DNA of 61,445 nt, filler included, from Porpidia crustulata (lineage: Eukaryota), in assembly GCA_964255105.1 (NCBI GenBank). It is 5 parts of 5 records of this genome, joined end to end, with 100 filler letters (N's around TTAATTAATTAA, not from the genome) between each part and the next. Parts side by side here need not be neighbours in the genome. Positions count along the whole stretch, not along the records: positions 12,338 to 24,553 come from CAXUWE010000558.1; 4 more parts are not named here. One strand, given 5' to 3'. Within the stretch, counting starts at the first letter, position 1; the number at the start of each line of letters is the position of its first letter. Positions 12,338 through 24,653 of the stretch are shown piece after piece. Below the pieces are notes generated by a model. The model had not been told where the DNA came from, did not search any database, and saw nothing but the letters and a program-made list of their open reading frames with translations. Position numbers and translations under genes: made by a program.

Positions 12338-12936
12338 CCAATCCCAGCGTCCCCTTTCTCTCCATATCTCACACCTCTCCCTCTGACGTATCAAAACCAA
12401 AGCTCCAAAAATGGCTTATAGGAGGAAAGGTTGTGTTTTGAGCAGTGTTTCGCTTTCGCTTTCGCTTTCGTCTATGGATTTCGGGGGTTTGTCGTTGCGA
12501 TGCCGGTGATGAAAGTAAGAGCAGGATGAGTACTTGCGGGAATGGAGATTTGAGGATGAGGGTTTGGGCTTGATGGTATTGTGTTTCTACATTAAGCGTT
12601 GGGGCGTGAGAAATCCACAGGTGGCAGCATTGATTTCCATTCAAAGGATCATTAAACGAGAATTTCTATTCAGCTGAAATCCTTTGCACTAGATAATCTC
12701 TATCGGCTCACCAACAACTAACAGCAAAGCCCACATAAGATTTACGAGCTTTCGATGAAGTTCTTTTACAAACATTTTGAAATCTGACATCGAGATCTTA
12801 TCTCTCGTTGCGATACTCTTTATTACAGGGACTGATCTGTTCATTGGAAAAATGAAAACCATGGAACTTATACTGGTCTTTCCTCCCCAGCTGTGTGACC
12901 GTAAAGTTATCCGAACGAAATTCCGGTCATCTACAA

Positions 12937-14360
12937 TGACCTCTGACTTGATGAAGTACTGGAGTGGCCGGACTCTATACAACTTGTTCTTCCATCCTTT
13001 GGCCTTATACAAGGGCCCACTTCTCTGGACATGCTTTCGATTTCCCTTCATCAAATCCATGCTGAGCGGTGAGCTACCTCACGATATCAAGAGGTTCCAT
13101 GAGCAATATGGCGAAGTCGTGCGCGTTGGCCCAAATGAGCTATCTTTCACACGTCCCGCGGCCTGGAAGGATATATACACGGGGATTTGAGCGGCCCTAC
13201 GAGTACAAAGATAAATCACCTGGGAAAGATGCCGAGAACTTGATTTCCGCCAGCGAATCGGATCACTTTCGGTTTCGCAGAGTCCTTGCTCCTGCCTTTT
13301 CGTTGACAATGGAGCAAGAGTCTATCGTCCAAGCTTCCGTTGACTTGCTTATAACCAAGCTTCAACAAAGAATTGCAGCTGACGCGCCTGGAGAATCAAC
13401 GATTGTAGACATACTACAGTGGCTCAACTACACAACCTTTGACACAATTGGCAGTCTTCTCTGGGGATTTTCATTCGGTTGTCTCGAGAACGTAAGATCC
13501 CACCCCTGAATCGAAGTCATTGCACAGTTCAAAACTGCCATGATAGTGGGCTCAACCAAGCTCTATCCTCCTTTGGACCGTACCTCTTGATGATTACGCC
13601 CAAATCTGCCATGGTCGATTTAATGCAGATATGGCAAACAACGGAGAAAGCGTCTGGAGAAAGGCTCGTCGCACAAGGACCTGAATATGGTCTCTGATAG
13701 GGGTGCTTCGTTAACTCCGAAAGATAGCAGTCTTTTTTGGAAGTGGAGATTAACTCGATGTTGATAGTCGTTGCCGGAAGCGAATCAGTCACCACAGCAC
13801 TTGTCGGAACCATCAACTATCTGTTACGTAACCCAGTAATACTCAAAGCTCTTACGGATGAAGTTCGTTCAACCTTTGCGAGGGAGAAGAGCATAACTGC
13901 AAATGCTGCCAGCCAACAATCATACCTCAACGCAGTCCTCCACGAAGGCCTTCGCTTATGTCCTACCATCCCCGACGGAATGCGACGCCAAATCCCAAAA
14001 GGCGCCACCATCATCGCCGGCCGCTTCCTACCCCAAGGCACCGTTGTCTCCATTCCCCAATGGGCCACCTACTATCCCCAACCAACTTCACTCTCTAACC
14101 CACTTCGGCCCCGAGCGTTGGCTACCGAAAACACCAGACTCCAAATTCATTGGCGACCGCAAAGAAGCTATCCAACCCTTTTCTCTCGGCGCACATAATC
14201 GTCCAGGCAGAAGTCTTGCATACCTGGAACTGCGCCTAATACTGGCAAGGCTGGTGTGGAATTTTGATATGAAAGCGGTAAGGGGATGGATTTGGTGGAG
14301 TGGAGTGAGCGAAAAACCTATTGGTTTTGGGAGAAGCAACCGACGTGCGTTAGGATCAGC
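12937..14360 (+). pseudogene. Cytochrome P450 pseudogene
   Basis: P450 motifs are spread over several frames: HEQYGEVVRVGPNELSF, AGSESVTT, LHEGLRL, PERW. In-frame TGA at 13507. The heme motif reads FSLGAHNRPG, so the ligating Cys is replaced by Arg. Boundaries approximate. Confidence 0.85.
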
Positions 14361-16105
14361 GTACGGTAGAATAAACTCCTTACTGGTGTGGGTTGTTATC
14401 TGGGATCGGGTTTCGAGCAAGTATGAAAGATTTGAATGAGATAGATTGAAGTATATCTCCACGAAGTAAAAGATGAAGTAAATCATCCCACAACTGAAGA
14501 TTTTGAACAAAATGATTGCTACCTTATGGAACGAGCATTGGGCAACAAGAACACATCCTGCCCGTTCAGTCACGAAAGATACTTCCCAGAATCGAAAAAC
14601 CCGACATCATTACAACGAGATACAACCGTCCACCCCAACGACGTTACCGAAATAATAATAAAAATATCACACCTAAAAAAAGAGATAAAACACACCATCA
14701 AATCCTCCACCAGACCAGTCGAAATCCACCCCCAACTCACCACCTTCACAAAACATCTATTCCCCTCTTCCCCCCAAAAACATCACAGAATCATCTCGAA
14801 ATATTAATTAACAGTCTCGCGACTTCGCCATTTCAAGACAAGGCGACAAAGATGTTGAAAACCTTCTTCTTTTTCCACTGACTGTTTATCCCTTCAGCTG
14901 GTCACCACACCTAGAGGGGTAACCACTATATCTATATTAGGTAACTCCTCTTATGGACGAAGGCTTGCGGATATAGGTATAGCCTCAGGGTTAGGGTAAG
15001 CCCGTACGAGTGGGTATGGTGCCCAATAATCCTGGTGGCACACCGTCCAAAATTGATGCAACAGTCCGACCGTTCTTTGCGCTGCTAAATCACGACTTTT
15101 CTAGATGTCGATAAAGCCCCTTTTATTCAGCGAATATTCGAAGCGAATTACGCAAATCTCGTCGAGGGGTCCGGTTTCTTCTTATCTAAATATGAACATT
15201 GATATCCATCGACTTGTCTCGTAGTCTACTCGCCGACTTCATGAGAGGAATAGAAAGCAATTGGTTTGCGTATGTGTGGTTCGTGGTCGGGTTTTAGTCT
15301 CTGGGATTCGCTTTCGAGTTTTAATGATTTTTAGTATGGCAAGGTTTCGTTTCCGTCTGGGCGATGAGTGCAGTAGAGACGGCGCGGGTGTGATTATCGA
15401 CTATTCTCCACCATCTTCCACATTGTTCCACCCTTTCGCATCACTCTCTCTTTCCCAAGCATATCAGCGGTTAAGACGTATAAAAGGAGAATGATTTAAA
15501 TTAAATGCTGTTCTCCACCCCACACTGGCATGTTTCAAAGCTGTCGACCGTCCGCTTTTGCCTAGGTTTTATTGAAATCAATCAGTCTCAGAGTACCTGG
15601 AAGGTTGAAATATACGACTCGTATCTATGTCGAAGTAGCTGATTCTCACTGAGAACGGTTAGCACGGTATAAAAGTAAGATCTTTCACCTCATGAAGACA
15701 ACATGTTTGTCTACAGATGTCATGATACCGAGATTTCGAAGACCCTAGAGGGTCTTATCGCAACATATTTCTGAGATGTAGGTCTGATAGAATATGATAA
15801 CGCATTCGATTTAATATGCGCGGGACGAAGAAGATTTAAAGAGTAAATTACTTATCCGATCGTGACAATTGTTCGTAATCATTTTTCATGAGCAAATGTT
15901 TCGCTGCTTTTGCATCTGAGAATGTTCTTTTGTCGATTGATTGCTTCAGTTCGACGAGTGGGTAGATACGTAATTGACTGTGATGTGAGGATTAATTTTA
16001 CACACAACTAACGATAGCGGCCATTCATGTATATTAAGCGGACGATCGATCCTGTGGCATTGAAATTCGTGACGTCATTGCTTTCGGTCTTTGTTTGTGT
16101 AGTAG

Positions 16106-17685
16106 TCACGGTGGCTTCTTGATTAAATCACGAAGCCACTGCAGGACATTCTTCCTAAACCATGTCTTATACTCATGGTTACCCCATTGGATGAGAATAT
16201 GAAGGCGATAGTAGATCTGATAGATCCCATGGAGATCGCTCGTCAAGGCCATGGTGAATGGACCCATGATCACCTGTGAGAAGTAATTTCAGCAAGGACT
16301 TGGACCGAGTAAGCCGATCTTGGTCTAGTACAGATGCAATTACGTACCAAGTCTTCTTTTGCTTCGAAGAAAATGAAGTAATCCCACAAATGACCGTTGA
16401 CGGCAATGGCGGGCATAGGCATGGAGGTATCCCATCCGTGATGCAGACGTCTGCGCAAGGCGCTGGAGGCCCAGATGGCTAATTGAACTTCGGGGTCGCG
16501 GTTTGATTGTGTCTTCTTGATCTCGATGTCGAGGAAAAGGGGACACATGTGTATGTATGATGGAGACTGATTCAGGCTTTGCTCCCCACTCTTTAGGCCT
16601 GCAAATGCTTCTTTCACCAGATCTTCGTCCTCATCATCCAGATTTAGTGCCAGGCACCAGTCCACCATCATTCCGACTGTCTGACTGCTTTCTTCTGTCG
16701 TCACTGTTTGGCCGCTTAAAATCTGTGCGTCGCAGTCCAATTGCGCACTATTAGGCATCACAGGCCGCATCTCTTCGGGCTCAATCGAACATGTCTCGCT
16801 ACAAGGCAGCGGGTTAGTGATGGCTCGTACCACGAATAGGCAACAAGAGGCTACTCACGTGTTTAGTATCTTAAATCATTGCCGATCGGCCATAGCTCAA
16901 ACTCCCCGAGAAGCTTGTTGATCAGACTGCCCCACTGCTTTTCATGTGCTCGACTGTTGTGGGCCCACACAGCTTCTTTCAGCAAGCGATCGGACCGTGC
17001 CTTGAGAGAAGGTAGGAAATTTGAAGGATAGAGGGAACCTTCGAGGTAGTTGAGTGGTCTTGGCGGAATTCTTGATTTGCGAGGGGTTTGTGCATCGGTC
17101 TCATAAGCCTCCTGAAACAACTTTAGCGACGCTCATTGATAGCAAGAAATTGGTTCGGTGTCTACCTTCAGCTCTAGTGGAATGAAACCTACAGGCATGT
17201 TCTGCAGCCTGTCGTGTAGGGTCACAACGCTTTGAGGTATCTCACACGTGGCCTTGGCCGCTTGGAAGCTCTTCATCTTCACCCTTGGCTTATATAATCC
17301 AAGATATGGCATATCAATACTTGTGGGCGCTCTTAGCTGATCGATGTACCTAGCGTTCTTGCGAGGCGAGACGGACTTCCGGCGCGAGACAGGATTGCGA
17401 TTGCTTCGTCGTGGAGGGAACGAAACTTTGTGCACCGGGAATGAGTGGAGGGTTACCGAGACTGTTCTGCTCTTTTGACTGCGGAGGCCGCCCTCGACCC
17501 TGTTTTGTTGGCTTATCTATATTTATTGATAGCTTTCGCTTTCGCTTTGTACCCTCGTTGGCAACATCATGCGTGCGACTCCGGCGATTGTGGGGAATCT
17601 CGAGAAGCTGAGGGTGAAACTGTCTTTTGCACTTGGTCACCTCTCCCACCCGTTGAGTCACACGGGCGGAAGCATCGATTGGCAT
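16106..17685 (-). CDS. Fungal PD-(D/E)XK nuclease-like protein (PDDEXK_12-type), multi-exon, possible frameshift near 17390
   Basis: MVDWCLAL...SLNQ...PLFLDIEIKK...PEVQLAIW...MPAIAVNGHLW and last exon GIYQIYYRLHILIQWGNHEYKTWF match the pattern typical of this fungal family; N-terminus is basic and Ser-rich. Confidence 0.75.
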
Positions 17686-17803
17686 CCGGATATCTCTAAG
17701 AAATGAATAAGAGGAGGAAGTTGAAGTCACAATTGCGTAGTCGGAATACTTTTGGATGTAAACAAGATCTCACGCTAACTGAGGGGCGGGCCGAGACCTT
17801 AAT

Positions 17804-17920
17804 TATTGCATCCACCCCTCCTTCGGCCAAATTCCTTCTCCCTCCGCTCCGCCAAGGGTTAGGGCTACAGGATCGATTCAAAGCTAGCGTGGCCGAAGGA
17901 GGGAAAAGTGGGTACGAGTA
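17804..17920. repeat. Hairpin element (copy C)
   Basis: Left end ATCCACCCCTCCTT is identical to copy A; stem CCCTCCTTCGGCCA / TGGCCGAAGGAGGG; internal AGGGTTAGGGCTA; right end TACGAGTA as in copy A. Confidence 0.8.
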
Positions 17921-18288
17921 GCTACGGTAGCTTCCGAATAGATTTCTATCGCTCGATCATTTCCTCTATCCTCAGCTTCGATTTGATGGGATTGTGGCTC
18001 TCAATTCTGTTGAATGGTTCATGGCAAAGTGTGGAAGGAATAGGAGATCCCAATAGCAACAACAAGCCCCAATAGGAATCCAGTTTGATACACGAAGAAA
18101 GCTACAGTGGATGCAAAAAGTCATTGGACCACTCTGCTGTGAATGTCCTGCTGTCATAGTCCAATGACTTTTGGGAGCCATTTTGAGCTGACCCGCGAAA
18201 CGGCCGTCTTGGTAAGCCTAACCCACCTCCTTCAATACGAATCAAAACGCTCGAGTCGTACGTTCTCAAGACGTTTACCCCCATCTCC

Positions 18289-20075
18289 ATGTCGACAGCC
18301 GTGCCTCCCAGTAAGATGGCCCCCATGCCCGAGGCGCTCCTACAATACCTCTCCCATTACCGAGTAGTAGTCTGCACATCTTGCAAATATGCAATTCAAC
18401 CCAAGGCAATCGCACGACATCTCAAAGAGATACATCGGATTAAACGCTCGGACCGAAAATTGTTTATGCAACATATGGAGAAATTTGAGCTTGCGGAACA
18501 TGAGCTCGTGATGCGATACAGACCCGGCGAGTTTCCTGTTCCCTTGCTGCCGGTCCAAAGTGGGTTGCAGTGTAGATCCGAAAATTGCTCATATCTGTGT
18601 GTGACGGAGAAGCGTATGAAGCAACACTGGCTTGCTGTGCATGGTAGGCAAGGACTGGTGGCATGTGATTGGCAAACAGTACCTCTCCAAACTTTCTTCA
18701 AGGGAAATCTGTTGCGGTACTTCACAGGCACGCCTTTAGGAAAGCCTGTCGAGAGGATAATGACTCAAATTGCCTATCAGAATATGACCAAGGAGTGGAC
18801 AGTATATAGTATATACAACTTTCAATGAGAATCGCTAATCAGGACTGCAGGAACAGCTTCTAGGCACCAGCCTCTCTTCCCCTCCACCCTCCATTACTTG
18901 GTCAAGAACTCTCAACGAATCAGACAATTTGATAATGCGCCACTATCTCACCCATGCATGGCTAGCCCTTGCTAATGATGAGAATACGCGGCAAATGTGG
19001 CTCGTGATAGTTCCACAGCTTGCTTACCAACATGAATTTCTCATGCATGCTCTCATGGCCTGTACTGCACTTCACATGGCCCATCTCAATCCAGAACGGC
19101 TTTCAGAATTGACCATCAAAGCCAGAACACATCTGGATCATGCGATGCCGCTGTTTCGCGCGGTAGTTTCTAGCATGGAAACCGAGACTTGTGACGCAGT
19201 TTTTATATTTGCCCGCCTGGTGACAATTACTGCTTTCGCCTTGGATGAACGCTTGTTTATGGTTGGAGAAGAAAAGGACAGACTGCCAAGTTGGCTCTTC
19301 TTCATTCGAAGCGGCTGTGAGTAATTAAGCCTTCGGAGCATTTTTGTTCTTTTTCATGAGGACTCAGGAGTTATGGAGTAGTTACATCAGCTCGAGAAAA
19401 CAGTTAAAGCGCCAAGGCATCAGTTATACTCTTGAAACCTAACCAAAGAGGCACGGCTAACTTGGCGATGTTGCAGGTACCATGCTCTGTGATGTCTGGG
19501 ATCGAATCGGGACAGGGCCTGTCAGATACCTGGCAGAGTCTTGGGAAATCCTAGTTGACATATCTAAATTTCCTCATCAGCCACTGCTTGATTATCTCAT
19601 GTCGATTCCTCCTGACGACTGGCCAGAAGAGGTGCGAGTTCCCTATAATGATTCTGCTCTCGCATTAGCGCGTACCTTCTCTTGCATGTATGCGCTGGAT
19701 GAGAAAATCGCCACGTTGGATGTAGTACGCTTCTGGACGATCCGGAATTCTATCGAATATGTCGAGCTGCTTGGCAATTGGCATCCGGGCGCCTTGATTC
19801 TTCTGGCGCATTATTGCATCGTGTTACATCGAGTGAGAACGAAGAGTTGGTATCTTGAAGGTAGAGCTGCAAGCATGCTTTCTACGATCGTGCGGCGACT
19901 CGATCGCAAATGGCATCAGAATATCCAGTGGCCATTAAGCGAGGTGGGACTTCCGCCATCCACCCAACGAATGACTGATGAGTGGCCAATTGGGTCTCTT
20001 GCCATTTCCGGCAATATCACCTCCTCGCTGCATCGTGGCTTGACTATTGAGACTTCTCTTGGAACCTTTGGTTAG
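18289..20075 (+). CDS. OrsD/DUF3505-like zinc-finger N-terminus fused to an Upc2/Ecm22-like fungal transcription factor domain; 3 exons
   Basis: N-terminal YRVVVCTSCKYAI...IARHLKEIH and CRSENCSYLC...MKQHWLAVH; C-terminal MRHYL...WLVIVPQLAYQHEFLMHALMACTALH...ALILLAHYCIVLH...WPL. Confidence 0.7.
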
Positions 20076-21378
20076 TGAAGATCCAGTAGCATGGATGAGA
20101 AACTCTGTCTTCATTGCACTTTTTTATCAGTATATTTGACTGAAGAGTAACCTGCGCATTAAAAGCTGGAAACCAAAATATATCTCCATTTTAGATAACT
20201 CCATGTGGGGGTTAAGGGCGTATTCAGAGCTTGCGGCGAATAGAGAAATTGAAAGATCGAGTCAAAACAGAGACGGGATTCACCTCAAGTCAGTAGATTT
20301 CAATACATCTAATGGTTACAGAAACGCATGCTTTTGGTTGATCGGTTCTTTGTCTTGGTTCAATTTAGTACACTACTCGGTATAAAGAAGACTCAACTTT
20401 GTATCTTGCCCTCGGCGATGGTATACTCGGCGAATTCGAATTCCCAGAGACGAGAAGGCTAAATACTACTACACACCTACGGGAAAGGTATAAGATAACA
20501 ACGTCTGCATCTACGAGTAATACTTTCTCGTTCGAAAGAGCTTCACACACTTAAGAACCAAACTATTGAGCAGGTATTCAAAAGCATAGAATTTACAATC
20601 GGAGCGTTTTAGTTTCCTATTGTCTATTAGGGTTAACACACAATCCTATCATCATTTTTCATTTCTTCTTTTGTACCAAGAGGACTCTGCACAACTTCTT
20701 CACTGCCGAAATTGTATTAGCAACGCATGCTTGCTCTTTCCCTCAATTAATTCCTGCAAGGGTTGTCTACCGAAAATTCCTTATGATCCATGAATTTCGC
20801 GGGCCTAGCGCTTTCGCCAACGAATAATCTTGCTTTGCTGTTGTAACGCTAGCGCTTCTGCTGCGTTGGAGCTTGTTCAATTTACCCTGTAAGGACTTGT
20901 TTATACTTTGAAATGTTCGCTTTTAGCACTTTGTTGGTTCAACTCCACCCGACAGAAAGGAAAATAAGGTTTTTACATAACGAGAGAGCAGGTCTCGTTG
21001 TTACTCGGGAACGAGAACGAAAAAGGACATTGCCACGGACGTGGAACAGAGGGCGCAAAGGAAGTGATGCCCCAATTGCACGGTATCAGTCATAACTGGA
21101 GATTCCTGAGATCGTCAGGAACTTGATCATCAATGGACTGCAGCTGAGATCTGGAATCTTCATGAGTGAAAAATAGGTACCTTGAAGAAGAATGTCAAGG
21201 CTGAGGTGATAGATCATACTCTATAGGGCTTTTGTTGAAAGAATGGTCGGTAAGACTTGTATTTATTCTCTACTTTTGTTCTTCACTCTAAGCGAAATTT
21301 TCAGTGGACTTTTTCAACGAGGGCGTACCAGAGCACAGAAAAAATGGGATTCGCACAAGAAAGGCAGATACGCAGCCA

Positions 21379-22301
21379 TTACCACGCAGAATTTGATCCA
21401 TCATACTGGTTAAGTCCCTCGGCCTTTTCCCAACCCTTGACGAGAACCTTTGGGAATTGCCCATTCAATTTCTGCCCCGGTCTAAAGATAATATCTAATG
21501 AGGCCTTAGCACCTTCCTCGGTGGTCAAATCTGCCATCTCGCCACCGCCTAGATCGGTTTTCATCCACTAAACAACAATTTTTAGTATTCTGTGTTATAG
21601 AAAGAAGGGAAAGGGTACGGACGCCTGGGCTGAGTGCCATAAATGTAAAGCCTTCCTTTTCGTAGTCAAGGGCGTACTGGACTGTCAGGGAGTTCATGGC
21701 TGCTTTGGAGATCTTGTAGGCTGGGGCGGGAAGGGAATGGACAGAGCGGGATAGCGTAATGGAGCCTAGGGTGGTGGAACTTGTTCTTGTTGGAGCTGAG
21801 AAGGTGCTCGAGGGTGGAGTGTCGTCTTACATGTTGGCAACTTTCTTCTGGATGCCCTTCTGCAGAAGTGGGAGAAATGCTCTCGTCACCCAGTGGACGC
21901 CAAAGACATTGATGATGAAGCTCTCTTCGAGATTGTCCCTGCGTAAGGTAAGCCGATCGATCTCATGACACTTATGGCGGAAGAATAGCTCACATTGATT
22001 TGACTCCATCGAGAGCGTAATGGCATACCCCGGCATTGTTAATCAAGACATCTAAACCCTTGCCTTTCAAGTTTTCTTCGACTTCGGCTGCTGCTTGCTT
22101 GATGGATGCTTCGTTGGTGACATCAAGTTTCACAACAACGACTCGACCGGGTGACTTTTGGGCGAGCTCCTCTAGCGCGGAGACATCTCCTCGTGCAGTT
22201 GCAAAGACTTTGCTGACGTCCGAGGCTGGGTAGGACGCAAGTTGGCGGGCGAGTGCTAGTCCGAAGCCTCTGGAGGCGCCGGTGATGAGATATGAAGCCA
22301 T
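21379..22301 (-). CDS. Short-chain dehydrogenase/reductase (C-factor/sniffer-like), multi-exon
   Basis: ITGASRGFG Rossmann motif, LINNAG, catalytic YKISK, and PGWMKTDLGG across a splice. Confidence 0.88.
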
Positions 22302-22584
22302 TGTGACTGTGATATTCAAGGTCGAAATGTTTTACTTGGTATGAAAGCGAGGGCGAAGAATGAGGAGGAGTGAGAATACTCTATATATCCCACTATCACC
22401 GTATCAGCTAATTGGCCGGAAGCGAGTGGAAAGAAAAATGAACGCTGGGCATTTAATAACTAACGATTCGAAATGAGTAAGCACCGCAAGGGCCGTTTGA
22501 TGTATGATCTTTAGGCCAAAACTGATTTGTGATGGCATGGAGAATCCGACTAGGGGATCTGAATTAACTCCCCTGCAGATGTCT

Positions 22585-22650
22585 ACCAATCAAATCGAGG
22601 AACGGCACCGTCTGCAGAGATAGACCAATCAGATAGAGGGACGGCACCGT
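22585..22650 (+). promoter_or_regulatory. 27-bp direct repeat, each copy with a CCAAT box and a CGG-N2-CCG site, between two divergent SDR genes
   Basis: ACCAATCAAATCGAGGAACGGCACCGT (22585) vs ACCAATCAGATAGAGGGACGGCACCGT (22624), 3 mismatches. Confidence 0.6.
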
Positions 22651-22896
22651 TCGTTGCACCTCATACTCTAGGCCCAACAAGCATGCTCATTCCACATCCA
22701 CATCCATATTTCGAAGCTCTGTTTGTCAGCGGTTCCAATGCTGAAGCAATCCGCTGATTTCGAAATTGAGGAGTTCCCAACTGGAAATGGGCATTTCGCC
22801 GTGATATACGCTCCACCTCACTGCCACTTCCGGATTTCATCTCCCATTGCTTCTGCATGCCCGTCCTAAATAACTTGGCTACAGCCCAACCCAGCA

Positions 22897-23865
22897 ATGT
22901 CCTACACGAACACAGTCCTACTCACCGGTGGAACTAGCGGTCTAGGATACTATGCAGCCCTCAACATCGCCAGAAAACAGCCTACGTATTTGGTAATCAT
23001 CACCGGACGTAGTGACCCCAATTCCTCGGCGAAGAAAATCAACACAAAAGTCATCTAAAAGAATGTCGCCTTCCTCCCTTTCGATCTCTTTTCTCTGACC
23101 CGAGTCCGCGCCTTTGTCGGATCATGGCTTTCGAAGAACTATCCACCCATCATCTCCCTTATACTCAATGCCGGTACCCAACTCCTCGGCCCCATGGAAA
23201 CCAACGGAGAAGGCTATGAAAAAACGTTTATGATCAACCATCTCGGTCACGCATTACTATTCTACCTCCTCACTCCCTATCTCGCCCCTAATGCGCGAAT
23301 CATCGTCACCGCGTCAGGAACCCACGACCCAATATTTACATGCAAAACGGTCTCCCAGACGCCGCCTTTACCACAGCCGAAGAGCTGGCACACCCGAACC
23401 CGGAGACTGCACATCCCAAGGGAATGCAGAGATACAAGAGCAGTAAATTAGCCAACATCCTCTGGACATACGCACTGGCTCGGCATCTCGCCGACGCGAA
23501 ATCAAGCATCACGGCGAATGCTTTTACTCACGGGCTCGTGCCAGGCTCCGGACTGGCACGCGACTACAGCCCGGTTGCCAAATTCGTGTGGTTCTATATC
23601 CTGCCGTAGATTGTACCGCTTCTGCGAATGGTGGCTCCGTTCGTTCGCGCGACCGAGGGAAGTGGTGCGGGGAAGTGGTGCGGATTTGGCGTGGGTTGCT
23701 CTTGGCCCAGAGACAGCGGGCATAAATGGGAATTATTTTGACGGAAGGAAGGACGTTGAGACTAGTGCTGACAGCTATGAGATTGAGAAGCAAGAGGATC
23801 TTTGGGAGTGGAGTGTCAAGACTACGATTGGGGAGGCGGATGGGTTGGCGGGACTAAGGATGTAG
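22897..23865 (+). pseudogene. SDR (retinol dehydrogenase/WWOX-like) pseudogene
   Basis: LTGGTSGLG, LNAG, INHLGH and YKSSKLAN motifs; in-frame TAA at 23056, frameshift near 23340, TAG at 23607, and a 13-bp tandem duplication at 23658-23683. Confidence 0.85.
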
Positions 23866-24553
23866 TATTTGAGGATGCCCGTGGGGGTGGGTGGCGAGAT
23901 GTATGGGAATCCGAAGTAATGGAATGAACTGGCAAGTAGATGTTTGGCGAAGATAGTAGATAATAGAAAGAGAGGAGTGGCTTGATGGTGGAGTCTACGG
24001 GGTTAACTGGCAATCTCCGCTACAAGGAACCGAAGGCGCTAGCAAAAGTTCCCAAGACCTTTTTCCTAACAACATCGATCCACCCCTGATCCCTTCAACA
24101 CTGACAGCCCGCCCGTTCCTCGCGCTTCCGAATCCCTACGTTCCATGGAACGTCTAAATATCATCCAGCGCACACCCTTCCCCGAATCTTAAATCCACGC
24201 ACGACAGAGATCACGCCGACGACGCATCAGATAGATAATTAAACGTCTTCTTGCCCCTGTCAGAGACTACTTCCAACGATCTTTCGTAACGAGCGTCTCA
24301 GCGGATTGCTATTTTGGACACAGCAAAAGGTCGTGAATGGCGTGGATGAGTGAAAGGCAAGGGAGGCGCGGGGAGGGCGTGGGGGTATCTATTGCGATGG
24401 TGATGGAGAGAAGGAGAAGGAAATGGGTTGAATGTTAAGGGGATATGTCTTGTAAATAAGAAGATTCAATTTGGGGATTTTTATTTAATATAATTTCACG
24501 AATTGTTGAAAACAGAGCATCTAGGTCCTACGACTAGGTGTTCGGGGTGCTTA

Positions 24554-24653
24554 NNNNNNNNNNNNNNNNNNNNNNNNNNNNNNNNNNNNNNNNNNNNTTA
24601 ATTAATTAANNNNNNNNNNNNNNNNNNNNNNNNNNNNNNNNNNNNNNNNNNNN
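24554..24653. other. Artificial contig spacer
   Basis: N44-TTAATTAATTAA-N44. Confidence 0.98.

Noticed and set aside
20100..21300. Coding-like stretches between the TF and the SDR
   Set aside because: All frames examined are interrupted and no homology was recognised
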